NCBI GenBank assembly: GCA_017961685.1
Contig: JAGCWW010000060.1
Location: 53 to 64,052 of the forward strand
Direction: 5' to 3'
From: Acholeplasmatales bacterium
GTDB taxonomy: Bacteria > Bacillota_I > Bacilli_A > Acholeplasmatales > JAEDCM01
Length of the DNA: 64,000 nucleotides
Under the pieces are notes generated by a model, which was given only the letters and a program-made list of their open reading frames with translations, had not been told where the DNA came from and searched no databases. This document shows, one piece after another, positions 29,593 through 38,700 of the stretch. Numbering within the stretch: position 1 is the first letter of the stretch; each line of letters opens with the position of its first letter. A program made the translations under genes and the position numbers.

Positions 29593-31848
29593 ATGAAAGT
29601 AATAAGTCGTGGTAGTGAATTAGAAATTAATGGACAAGTGATGAAAGTTGAAGATGTACTTGCTACATTAAAAGACCTTCCTTCAAAAGAAATTGTCGCA
29701 TTTTTTAATGAACAAGGCATGAATATGCCAAGAAAGGTACGTATGAATGCACTTCATAAAGTACTAGACAAGAGAGTTAAGAAGGAAGAATTCCAAAAAA
29801 TGTTTACTGACGAGGTTCGTTATCGTCTAAGATGGATAAAGACATTCAGTGAACATCAACTTGAAGGAACTTTAACATTAATCTCTAATGCAGAAATTTA
29901 CAATGAATATAGAGAGACATTATGGTTAATGTTTATCAAACTTCATGAAGAATTAAAGATTGATACTGAAAAACTAGCTGGCCTATATGAAACTGCTAGA
30001 GGATATAAGCAATCTCAAAAAGAAAGTATTACAGAATATCAACGTGGAATCGATTCACTTTTCTATGATGAGAGAAACGAAGTTGATGGTCTTGAATATA
30101 ATACATTTAGAGAAGTTCTATCAAAGAGCTCAACATTAAATGAATTAAGAGAAATCGGTGCTAAGTACAACATCGATGTTCCAAGAAGAATTAAGAAGGA
30201 AGAATTAGTTGACATCATCGTTGATGCATGTAGCGCTAGTGGTAAATTCACTAAAGAAGATGAAGATAAAGTTAGACGCATGAGCGTACAACAACTTCAA
30301 AGATATGCAAAACAAAATGGTGTTAAAGCATCAATTGAACTTAAGAAGGAAGATATTATTGAATATATCATTTCCCGTGTTGAAACAGAAGTTCAAAAAT
30401 CTTATGTAAACTTAGCCGTATTAGATATCCCAACAGAAGATGATGAAGTTGAAGAAGAAGAAATCATTGAAGAAGCTCCAATCGAGGAAGAAGTAGTTGA
30501 AGAAAAACAACCTGAATCAAATGCTCAAATCGATGAACTTAAGGCAATGATTCTTAACTTACAACAACAAATGTTAAATAAAGATAAGAGTGATGAAGAA
30601 AAACAAGAATTAGCTAAACAAGCTGAAGAAGCTCAAGCTAAGGCTGATGCTGCTGAAGAAGCACTTAAGGCTCAACAAGAAGCTCATGAACAAGAATTAG
30701 CTGATGCTAAAGAACAAGCTGAAGCTGAAAAAGCTCAAGCACTTGCTGATGCAGAAGCTGAAAGATTAGCTAAGGAAGAAGAAGAAAGATTAGCTGCTGA
30801 AGAAGCTGCTAAAGCTGAAGAAGAAGCTAAGGCTGAAGCTGAAAGAATCGCTGAAGAAGAAAGACTTGCTCAAGAAGCTGAAGAAGCTGCTAAGGCTGAA
30901 GAAGAAGCTAAGCAGGCTGAAATGGATGCTCTAAAAGAAGAAAATGAAACACTTAAAGAGCAAATGGCTAACATGCAAGAATCTAAGGAATTAGATGATG
31001 ATGATTTCGTAGTACCTCTATTCGATTATGAAGAAGCTGAAGAAGAAACTACTGAAGAAGCTCCTGCTGAAGAAGAAGTTGTAGAAGAAGCTCCAGTTGA
31101 AGAAGAAGTAGTTGAAGAAGTTGCTGAAGAAGAAGCTACTGAAGAAGTAGTTGAAGAAACTGAAGAAGCTGAAGAAGGCTTAATCACTCTTGAAGATACA
31201 GAAAATGAAGAACTAAAGATGTTCGATGAACCAGAAGAAACTGAAGAAGATGAAGATACAATTAAGATGGAAGAATTCGAAGATGTTGCTATGCCTGATC
31301 TAGATGATGCTCCTGCTGAAGGATATCAAAATGCTGATCAACCTACAGAAACAACAATCGAAGAAGCTCCAGCTCAAGAAGAAACTTCATTCGATTCACC
31401 ATCATATGATGATTCAGATGAATACGGAGCATTTGATACTCCATTATTCGATACACCAATTTTCGAAGCACCAGTATTCGAAGCTCCAATTTATGGAGAA
31501 GATAAGGCTGCTAGAGAAAGAAGACTTGGAAATGAAACTAGAGTAGACAAGAAGAAGAAAGCTGCTGAAGAAAAAGCTATTAAAGAAGCTCTTCAAGCTG
31601 ATTCTAAAGTTGCTAGAAGAAAGAAAAAATCAAATCCAGTTGTTACTATCTTAAAGTGGGTATTAATTATCATCGTTATCCTATTAGTATTACTAATTAT
31701 ATTAGGAATCTTAGGTGTACTTGGCGTATTAGAAAACACACCTCTTCAAGGATTATATGAAGGTGTATGTAAAGTTCTAAGAAGTATGCTAGGTGATAGT
31801 TTATACGAATCAATCACTAAGACAGTTAAAGGTTGGTTCGGTAAGTAA
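29593..31848 (+). CDS. Tail-anchored membrane protein with two Rho_N/HeH-like motifs and a long acidic E/A/K/V low-complexity region
   Basis: Two HeH-like motifs, LNELREIGAKYNIDVPRRIKKEELVDIIV and VQQLQRYAKQNGVKASIELKKEDIIEYII. About 330 aa of E/A/K and EEAPxEEEVVEE repeats, then FDTPLFDTPIFEAPVFEAPIYG, a basic patch and a C-terminal TM. GGAGG RBS before ATG 29593. Confidence 0.7.
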   Translation: MKVISRGSELEINGQVMKVEDVLATLKDLPSKEIVAFFNEQGMNMPRKVRMNALHKVLDKRVKKEEFQKMFTDEVRYRLRWIKTFSEHQLEGTLTLISNAEIYNEYRETLWLMFIKLHEELKIDTEKLAGLYETARGYKQSQKESITEYQRGIDSLFYDERNEVDGLEYNTFREVLSKSSTLNELREIGAKYNIDVPRRIKKEELVDIIVDACSASGKFTKEDEDKVRRMSVQQLQRYAKQNGVKASIELKKEDIIEYIISRVETEVQKSYVNLAVLDIPTEDDEVEEEEIIEEAPIEEEVVEEKQPESNAQIDELKAMILNLQQQMLNKDKSDEEKQELAKQAEEAQAKADAAEEALKAQQEAHEQELADAKEQAEAEKAQALADAEAERLAKEEEERLAAEEAAKAEEEAKAEAERIAEEERLAQEAEEAAKAEEEAKQAEMDALKEENETLKEQMANMQESKELDDDDFVVPLFDYEEAEEETTEEAPAEEEVVEEAPVEEEVVEEVAEEEATEEVVEETEEAEEGLITLEDTENEELKMFDEPEETEEDEDTIKMEEFEDVAMPDLDDAPAEGYQNADQPTETTIEEAPAQEETSFDSPSYDDSDEYGAFDTPLFDTPIFEAPVFEAPIYGEDKAARERRLGNETRVDKKKKAAEEKAIKEALQADSKVARRKKKSNPVVTILKWVLIIIVILLVLLIILGILGVLGVLENTPLQGLYEGVCKVLRSMLGDSLYESITKTVKGWFGK
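30799..30912 (+). repeat. In-frame 33-nt direct repeat (1 mismatch) spaced 81 nt apart inside the E/A/K tract
   Basis: GAAGAAGCTGCTAARGCTGAAGAAGAAGCTAAG at 30799-30831 and 30880-30912. Confidence 0.85.
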
Positions 31849-31865
31849 AACCGGAGGAATGCATT

Positions 31866-34430
31866 ATGGAATTTAAAGATATTGATAGAAGTCAATATAC
31901 TCCAATGATGCAACAATATTTAGACATTAAAAAAGACTATGTGGACACACTAGTCTTTTTTAGGTTAGGAGACTTTTATGAGATGTTCTTTAATGATGCA
32001 TACATTGCATCTAAGGAGCTTGAACTATGCTTAACAGGTAGAGATGCTGGAGCAAAAGAGAGAGTTCCTATGTGCGGAATACCTCATATGGCTGTTAATA
32101 CTTATATCGATAAATTAACAGAAAAAGGCTATAAAGTCGCCATTGTTGAACAGTTGGAAGAACCTGGAGTAAGTAAAATTGTTAGACGTGATGTTGTACG
32201 TTTAGTTACTCCTGGAACTAATATTGATGAAGGCAGTGTAAGTGAAAAAAAGAATAATTATTTAGTTGCAGTTAGTGAAAACAAGGGCGAATATGCTATA
32301 TGTTATATCGATTTTACTACAGGTGAATCATATGGAACTAAGATTATTAATTCTATTGATTTATTAGTAAATGAGATTTTAATTTTAAGTGCTAAAGAAG
32401 TTGTTTTACCATCAAGATTTAATAAAATTGCAATTGATGTTCTTAAAAATAAGTATCAAATAGTTATATCAGTATGTGATGATGTAAAGTTAGAAGACTA
32501 CTGGTTAAACTTAGTTAAGAATGTAAAAGATGCTGATATAATTGAATCTTTTGGTAGATTAATTAACTACATTATTAAGACACAAAAACGTGAATTAATG
32601 CATTTAAAATGCTTAGAATATTATTCATCAAAACAATTTTTAAAGATGGATATTCATACTTTAAATAGCCTTGAATTACTAGAAAATTTAAGGAATCAAA
32701 CTAGGATTGGATCCTTACTTTACTTACTTGATCACTGTCAAACTGCGATGGGTTCAAGAGAGTTAAAAAAATGGATAACTAGGCCATTAATTGATAAATC
32801 AAAAATTTTTGAAAGGTATGATATTGTAGGTAATTTAATTAATAATTTTGAGTTAAAAGAAAGCATTATTGCATCGCTTAAAAACGTCTATGATTTAGAG
32901 AGAATTGTAGGTAGAATATCTTATGGTAATGCGAATGCAAGAGATCTTTTACAACTTAAAAATTCACTTAAATATTTACCTGAATTAAAAGAATATATTA
33001 AAGAAATTAATACTAATTATTCTACAGATTTATCTAATATGTTAGACCCGCTAATTCCACTACATGATTTACTTGAAAAGTCAATTAATGTAGATGCGCC
33101 TATCACAATTAAAGATGGTGACATAATTAAAAGTGGCTATAATGAAGAATTAGATAAACTAAGAGATATTACTAAAAATGGTAAGAACTGGCTAATAGAA
33201 TATGAAGCTAAACAAAAAGAAGCAACAGGTATTAAAACATTAAAGGTATCATATAATAAAGTATTTGGTTATTATATTGAAATATCTAAAGCCGCAGCAC
33301 TAACTATAAGTGATGATTTAAATTATGTTAGAAAACAAACTCTAGCTAATGCAGAAAGATTTATCACTCCAGAATTAAAAGAATATGAATCTTTAATTTT
33401 AAATAGTAAAGATAAATCAATTGAGTTAGAATATGAATTATTTGTTGAAATAAGAAATGAATGTGCAAAGTTTATTAATAATCTTCAAATAGATGCGAAA
33501 GTAGTATCAATTATTGATTGCTTAACATCATTTGCTTATGTTTCTGATAAGAATAATTATGTTAAACCTACTATTAATGATAATTTAGAAATAAATATCG
33601 TTGATGGTAGACACCCAGTAATAGAAGAATTAAGTGATGAGGCATTTGTTTCAAATGATTTTAACATTAATAAAAACTATAATATGTTATTAATTACTGG
33701 TCCAAATATGAGTGGTAAATCTACATATATGCGTCAACTAGCAATCACTGTAATAATGGCTCAAATTGGCTGTTTTGTACCTTGTAAGAGTGCAAATCTA
33801 CCAATTATAGATAAGATATTTACACGTATAGGTGCCGCAGATGATTTAGTAAGTGGTAAATCAACTTTTATGGTTGAAATGACTGAAGTTAATAATGCTT
33901 TAAAAGAAGCTACTAAGAGCTCTTTAATCCTATTTGATGAAATAGGACGTGGTACAGCTACATACGATGGTATGGCATTAGCTCAAGCAATCATTGAATA
34001 TGTACATGAAAAAATAGGTTCCATAACTTTATTTTCAACTCACTACCATGAACTTACAGCCTTAGATAAGACATTAAAGAGATTAAAGAATATCCATGTA
34101 TCCGCTAAAGATGATAAAAATACTTTAGTATTCCTACATAAAGTAGTAGATGGTCCAACTGATAAATCTTATGGTATAAATGTTGCTAAACTTGCACATC
34201 TGCCTAATCAAGTAATTAATAGGGCGCAAGTAATTCTAAACTTCTTAGAAGAAACTAAGGGTAAGACAGAAATAGAGATGGATTTATTTAATTTTGATGA
34301 AGAAGAAAAAATAGAAGTTAAGGAAACTCCTGAAGTAATTCAAATATTAAATGATGTTGATGTAGATGACTTGTCACCTAGAGAAGCTTTAAGTTTAATC
34401 TATGAATTAAAGAGAAAAATAAATGAATAA
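31866..34430 (+). CDS. mutS: DNA mismatch repair protein MutS
   Basis: N-terminal mismatch-binding TPMMQQYLDIK...GDFYE, Walker A GPNMSGKST, DEIGRGT, STHYHEL. Confidence 0.97.
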   Translation: MEFKDIDRSQYTPMMQQYLDIKKDYVDTLVFFRLGDFYEMFFNDAYIASKELELCLTGRDAGAKERVPMCGIPHMAVNTYIDKLTEKGYKVAIVEQLEEPGVSKIVRRDVVRLVTPGTNIDEGSVSEKKNNYLVAVSENKGEYAICYIDFTTGESYGTKIINSIDLLVNEILILSAKEVVLPSRFNKIAIDVLKNKYQIVISVCDDVKLEDYWLNLVKNVKDADIIESFGRLINYIIKTQKRELMHLKCLEYYSSKQFLKMDIHTLNSLELLENLRNQTRIGSLLYLLDHCQTAMGSRELKKWITRPLIDKSKIFERYDIVGNLINNFELKESIIASLKNVYDLERIVGRISYGNANARDLLQLKNSLKYLPELKEYIKEINTNYSTDLSNMLDPLIPLHDLLEKSINVDAPITIKDGDIIKSGYNEELDKLRDITKNGKNWLIEYEAKQKEATGIKTLKVSYNKVFGYYIEISKAAALTISDDLNYVRKQTLANAERFITPELKEYESLILNSKDKSIELEYELFVEIRNECAKFINNLQIDAKVVSIIDCLTSFAYVSDKNNYVKPTINDNLEINIVDGRHPVIEELSDEAFVSNDFNINKNYNMLLITGPNMSGKSTYMRQLAITVIMAQIGCFVPCKSANLPIIDKIFTRIGAADDLVSGKSTFMVEMTEVNNALKEATKSSLILFDEIGRGTATYDGMALAQAIIEYVHEKIGSITLFSTHYHELTALDKTLKRLKNIHVSAKDDKNTLVFLHKVVDGPTDKSYGINVAKLAHLPNQVINRAQVILNFLEETKGKTEIEMDLFNFDEEEKIEVKETPEVIQILNDVDVDDLSPREALSLIYELKRKINE

Positions 34431-34457
34431 AAGAGTCGAATTTCGACTCTTTTTTAT
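34430..34457. terminator. Bidirectional terminator between mutS and the convergent ABC permease gene
   Basis: AGAGTCG-aattt-CGACTCT flanked by an A-run and a T-run. Confidence 0.75.
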
Positions 34458-36076
34458 TCTATTCTTTCTATATTTTTACTACCATATTTCATGGATATAA
34501 AGTATATTAAAACTGTTGCTGCAATTATAATTACAAATGATAATAAATAAGCGATAACTAAGCCTAAATTTAAGAACTTAAGCATAAATATTAAACCTAC
34601 TAAAACACCTGAAATTAATATCGCAAATGCCATATTAATGAATACATTATGATTACCTCTTAAGGCATTAATTTCATCATCCCAAACTAGCTTTGGATTA
34701 ACTGTATCTAAATATACTCCAAGGAAGGAAATAAATACCACAGATATTAAACTTAAAACTAAATATAATATTGTATTTAATATTCCTAAATTAAAAATTA
34801 TTGAGAATACTAAGATGTATAAGAATAAGCCAATATAACTAACTATAATACTACAAAATGCTTTTATAATTATTTGTGATTTATAAGATATTGGAACTAA
34901 TTTCATGTAGAAGAAGCTTGATCCTTCACGTGAAATAGAACTTGATGAAATAGAGTTAACGGCGGTAATTAAAATAGATAAAATAATTATACCAATGATA
35001 AATGATAGATGAACTGTATAGTTATTATCATAATATAAATCTAAGATCTTTTTAAGGTTACCTGTTCTATCATATATAAAGGCTACCAAAGCGATTAAAA
35101 ACGGCCAAATAAAGTTTATTATAACACAATTAGAGAAGAACGCAGGTGTCTTAAATAAAAGCTTAAATTCCTTCTTTAAATAACTTACATTCTTACTAGA
35201 TTTTTTATAAACTATTTCTTTTTTCTTATCCTTCTTATAATTAGATTGATTTAATCCTCTAAAATATAATAATTTCGCAAATAGATAGAATATGCCAATA
35301 CTTCCAAGTGTAATTAATAAATAAAATACAATTGAAATAGGATTAGACATACTATCAGTTAAGAAATAGACATTAGGGAAGATATATTTACATACTTCCA
35401 TAAAATTAGAATTAACTAGATTAAGTGTGAAATCTTCTAAATCAAAGTTTGTTAAGAAAATGGCCATAAGTAGTATTCCAACTACAGCTAATATTAATAA
35501 TAAACTACTAAATTTAGAAACTAAATCTTTATTTGTTATTTTTCTTGTTAGAAACATAAATACCATGCATATAATTGAACAATATACGAGTGGTAAAACA
35601 GGAAGTGAAACTAACGCTATTAAAATAATAAATAACGCATATATATCAAGTTTACCTCCTATATAAAAACCAATGAGTGAACTCAATATTAAGATGAGTT
35701 CTATAAAATTCTCATTAATAAGAGTATTAAAGAATTTTGCGCCTATTATTTGATGTTCCTTAAAAGGCATCGGTAGAATTCTTTCTATATCAGAAGAAAA
35801 GTAGAAGACATTAAATATAACATTTATACTAAAGACGAAGGAGAATATGCTTATGGCATAAAGTAAGAAGTTTATTCCTTCATTTAAATGATTATTTTCA
35901 ACTAAACTTACAGTCATTCCATAAGATATAATACCTATCATAAAAGCGGTTGGAATGAAGATAATGAGCATTGTGACAATGGCCATTACCATATAAAAGA
36001 CTTTTGATTTTTTCTTTTCAAAGGCAATCATTTCAAAGTTTTTTAGAAAAACTTTTAATAATTTAATTGTTTTCAT
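34454..36076 (-). CDS. Polytopic ABC exporter permease (putative-ABC-exporter type)
   Basis: 540 aa with more than 10 hydrophobic segments. Start overlaps the stop of the upstream ATPase gene by 14 nt. Confidence 0.6.
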   Translation of the reverse strand: MKTIKLLKVFLKNFEMIAFEKKKSKVFYMVMAIVTMLIIFIPTAFMIGIISYGMTVSLVENNHLNEGINFLLYAISIFSFVFSINVIFNVFYFSSDIERILPMPFKEHQIIGAKFFNTLINENFIELILILSSLIGFYIGGKLDIYALFIILIALVSLPVLPLVYCSIICMVFMFLTRKITNKDLVSKFSSLLLILAVVGILLMAIFLTNFDLEDFTLNLVNSNFMEVCKYIFPNVYFLTDSMSNPISIVFYLLITLGSIGIFYLFAKLLYFRGLNQSNYKKDKKKEIVYKKSSKNVSYLKKEFKLLFKTPAFFSNCVIINFIWPFLIALVAFIYDRTGNLKKILDLYYDNNYTVHLSFIIGIIILSILITAVNSISSSSISREGSSFFYMKLVPISYKSQIIIKAFCSIIVSYIGLFLYILVFSIIFNLGILNTILYLVLSLISVVFISFLGVYLDTVNPKLVWDDEINALRGNHNVFINMAFAILISGVLVGLIFMLKFLNLGLVIAYLLSFVIIIAATVLIYFISMKYGSKNIERIE

Positions 36077-36785
36077 CGATTAAAGTAATATAAATCTCCT
36101 CTAAAGATTTATCTGGATGCATCTCTTTTAATTTATCAAGAGTTCCATCATATATCTTTTTACCCTTATAAATAATAATTACCTTATCACATAACTTTTC
36201 CGCAATTTCTAGTATGTGAGTTGAAAAGAAGACGGTCTTATTTTTCTTCGCATGTTCCTTCATCATTTCTTTTAATGTATAACTACTTTTTGGATCTAGA
36301 CCAACTGTTGGTTCATCTAGAATCCATACATCTGGTTCATGAATAAGCTGGGAGATGATCATTAATTTTTGTCTCATACCATGAGAATAGCTAAGCATTG
36401 GTTTAGTTAAGGCATCAGTTAGTTCAAACATATTAGAATATTTTTCAATACGCTCTTTTCTATCCTCTAAGCTTACTTCATAAATATCTGCGACAAAGTT
36501 TAAATAATCGATTCCTTTTAAACGCAAAAAAGCATCAGGACTATCTGATATATAGCCTATTGATGCTTTTATTTTTAATGGTTCTTTATCAATATCTAGA
36601 TTATTGACAATAATTTGCCCACTATTTTTCTTAATAATACCACTAATTAATTTCATTGTTGTGGTTTTACCACTACCATTAGGCCCAATAAACCCTACTA
36701 TTTCACCTTGATTAACTTCAAAGCTTAAATCATCTACAGCAACAAAATCATTATATTTTTTAGTGACATTATTAAACTTTATCAT
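36063..36785 (-). CDS. ABC transporter ATP-binding protein (ABC-2 subfamily)
   Basis: Walker A GPNGSGKTT, signature YSHGMRQK, Walker B ILDEPTVGLD. Confidence 0.9.
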   Translation of the reverse strand: MIKFNNVTKKYNDFVAVDDLSFEVNQGEIVGFIGPNGSGKTTTMKLISGIIKKNSGQIIVNNLDIDKEPLKIKASIGYISDSPDAFLRLKGIDYLNFVADIYEVSLEDRKERIEKYSNMFELTDALTKPMLSYSHGMRQKLMIISQLIHEPDVWILDEPTVGLDPKSSYTLKEMMKEHAKKNKTVFFSTHILEIAEKLCDKVIIIYKGKKIYDGTLDKLKEMHPDKSLEEIYITLIDENN

Positions 36786-36795
36786 ATTTTCTCCT

Positions 36796-38682
36796 TTATG
36801 CTTTATCTTTATAACTATTGATTACTTCAACTGGATCTTTATTATCGTTATAAACTTTAACTAATTCAGTAAAGTGTTTCTTAAATACAGCAATAACATT
36901 TGGATCGAAGTGGTTAATATCATTACAAATTGTGTTATATACCTTTTCAGCAGGCCAAGCTGGTTTATATGGTCTTGGACTCATTAAGGCATCAAATACA
37001 TCCGCAATAGCGATAATTCTACCTAATAAATCAATTTGTGTACCACGTTTTTTCTTATAACCCTTACCATCCCATCTTTCATGGTGATCTTGAATCATTA
37101 CTTTAGCATAACGCATGATATCACCTGGACAGTCTTTAATTAAATCAGTACCATAATCAACATGTTTCTTGATTTCTTCGTATTCTGCTTCAGTTAAACC
37201 AGCATTCTTTTCCAAGATAGATTTATCGATATAGATTTTACCTACATCGTGCATCATGGAAGCAACGCTTATACGTTCAATTTTCTTTTCTGTGAAGCCC
37301 CAGAAAGGATCGGCGCATAATATACGCATATATTCACTTACACGTTGTACGTGATTTGCAGTATGCTTACTAGTTCTATCAGTAACAACGGCTAAAGTCT
37401 TAATCATTTCTCTTTGACTCTTTAAGAAGTCTTCATTTAGTGTAATATTAATTAAAGCTACACCAATGTTATTTGTCATAATCTTAATGATTTCATCTAG
37501 TGTTTCATTCATTGTAAGCTTAGCATCGATTATAACAAAATAAATTAATTTCATTTGTTTAGTTACATTATCTTTTGTATAAACAGAAATAATTGTATCA
37601 TGCATCTCACGTTCAAATGTATGAACGAAGACGTTTTTCTCTTTTTCTTTCTTATATTTTTGTTTTTCAACAGTATTATCAAATACTAATTCACCGTTTT
37701 CGTTATATTCATTTATAATTTCTTTTTCATAGTATAGTGGTAAATTAAGTTCTTTACTATTTGATTCACCAGGCTTTGCATTTTCTACTGCACATGGAAC
37801 TTGAATATCAAGAGAATATTGTGTTTTAATTGCTGGAATCATTTCATATGTTCCATTTTCATTTTTAGCACCATAACACTTAAATGTTCCATCAAAGCTC
37901 TTACCAATATACACTTTTAGTGGATCTAGAGGAGTTTCTAGGAAGTTAGAACATACATCAATACAAGTAGTTCTAATTGCATCATCTAAATCAACAATCT
38001 TAGTTGCAGTAAATAAATCTAGAGAAGATTTAATTAATGAATTCATAACATCTGCTCTATTATCAATTGTCTTAGTTTGTTCCATATTAACTAATTGCAT
38101 ATTAGTTGTCTTATCAGATAACTTATTAAAGATAATAGCAAATATGAATAGAATCGCAATATTTGGAACTAAAATCTTAAGTAACTTAGCTACAAATCTT
38201 AGATTTAATCCTTCATCTGGCCAAGTTGGATAAGATTTAAAGATGAATGCTGTAAATATTACAGCTAATATGAAACATAATATTGTACCTAATTCTGAAA
38301 ACTTAGTAAGTTTCTTATCAATAAATAATTGTGCTGCAAGAGGTGGTAATACAAATATTAACATAAAATCAAACTGCGTACATACACAAACACCCATCAT
38401 CGCAATTAATGCATATGATATGATGATATATGCCATAGGTTTTTTATTGATCTTAAATATTACAGTTACCGCTCCAAGTATAAATAGTGGCGCACCAACA
38501 GCATATAAGGCAATCGCAATAACTGTTGGATCTTTAACCGTAGCATAATTATATTCTAATATATTTCCTTTTCCAGGGAAGTCGATTAATATTGCTAGTA
38601 AAAACATGAAAATGGCGCATATCATTACACCAAATCCAAGTATCTTATAAGCAGTATTATCACTGTCCTTATAATTTCTCAT
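36796..38682 (-). CDS. Membrane-bound HD-GYP-family phosphohydrolase with degenerate GYP (GYK) motif
   Basis: About 6 N-terminal TMs, a ~230-aa central domain, then HDVGKIYIDKSIL...HHERWDGKGYKKKRG...IADVFDALMSPRPYK. ATG 38682 behind GAGGTGA. Confidence 0.8.
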   Translation of the reverse strand: MRNYKDSDNTAYKILGFGVMICAIFMFLLAILIDFPGKGNILEYNYATVKDPTVIAIALYAVGAPLFILGAVTVIFKINKKPMAYIIISYALIAMMGVCVCTQFDFMLIFVLPPLAAQLFIDKKLTKFSELGTILCFILAVIFTAFIFKSYPTWPDEGLNLRFVAKLLKILVPNIAILFIFAIIFNKLSDKTTNMQLVNMEQTKTIDNRADVMNSLIKSSLDLFTATKIVDLDDAIRTTCIDVCSNFLETPLDPLKVYIGKSFDGTFKCYGAKNENGTYEMIPAIKTQYSLDIQVPCAVENAKPGESNSKELNLPLYYEKEIINEYNENGELVFDNTVEKQKYKKEKEKNVFVHTFEREMHDTIISVYTKDNVTKQMKLIYFVIIDAKLTMNETLDEIIKIMTNNIGVALINITLNEDFLKSQREMIKTLAVVTDRTSKHTANHVQRVSEYMRILCADPFWGFTEKKIERISVASMMHDVGKIYIDKSILEKNAGLTEAEYEEIKKHVDYGTDLIKDCPGDIMRYAKVMIQDHHERWDGKGYKKKRGTQIDLLGRIIAIADVFDALMSPRPYKPAWPAEKVYNTICNDINHFDPNVIAVFKKHFTELVKVYNDNKDPVEVINSYKDKA

Positions 38683-38700
38683 AAAAATCACCTCAAGTAA

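Noticed and set aside
31304-31546. 80-aa alternative-frame ORF within the acidic protein gene
   Set aside because: It is an out-of-frame reading of a repetitive GAA/GAT-rich tract. The main frame is continuous and has an RBS.
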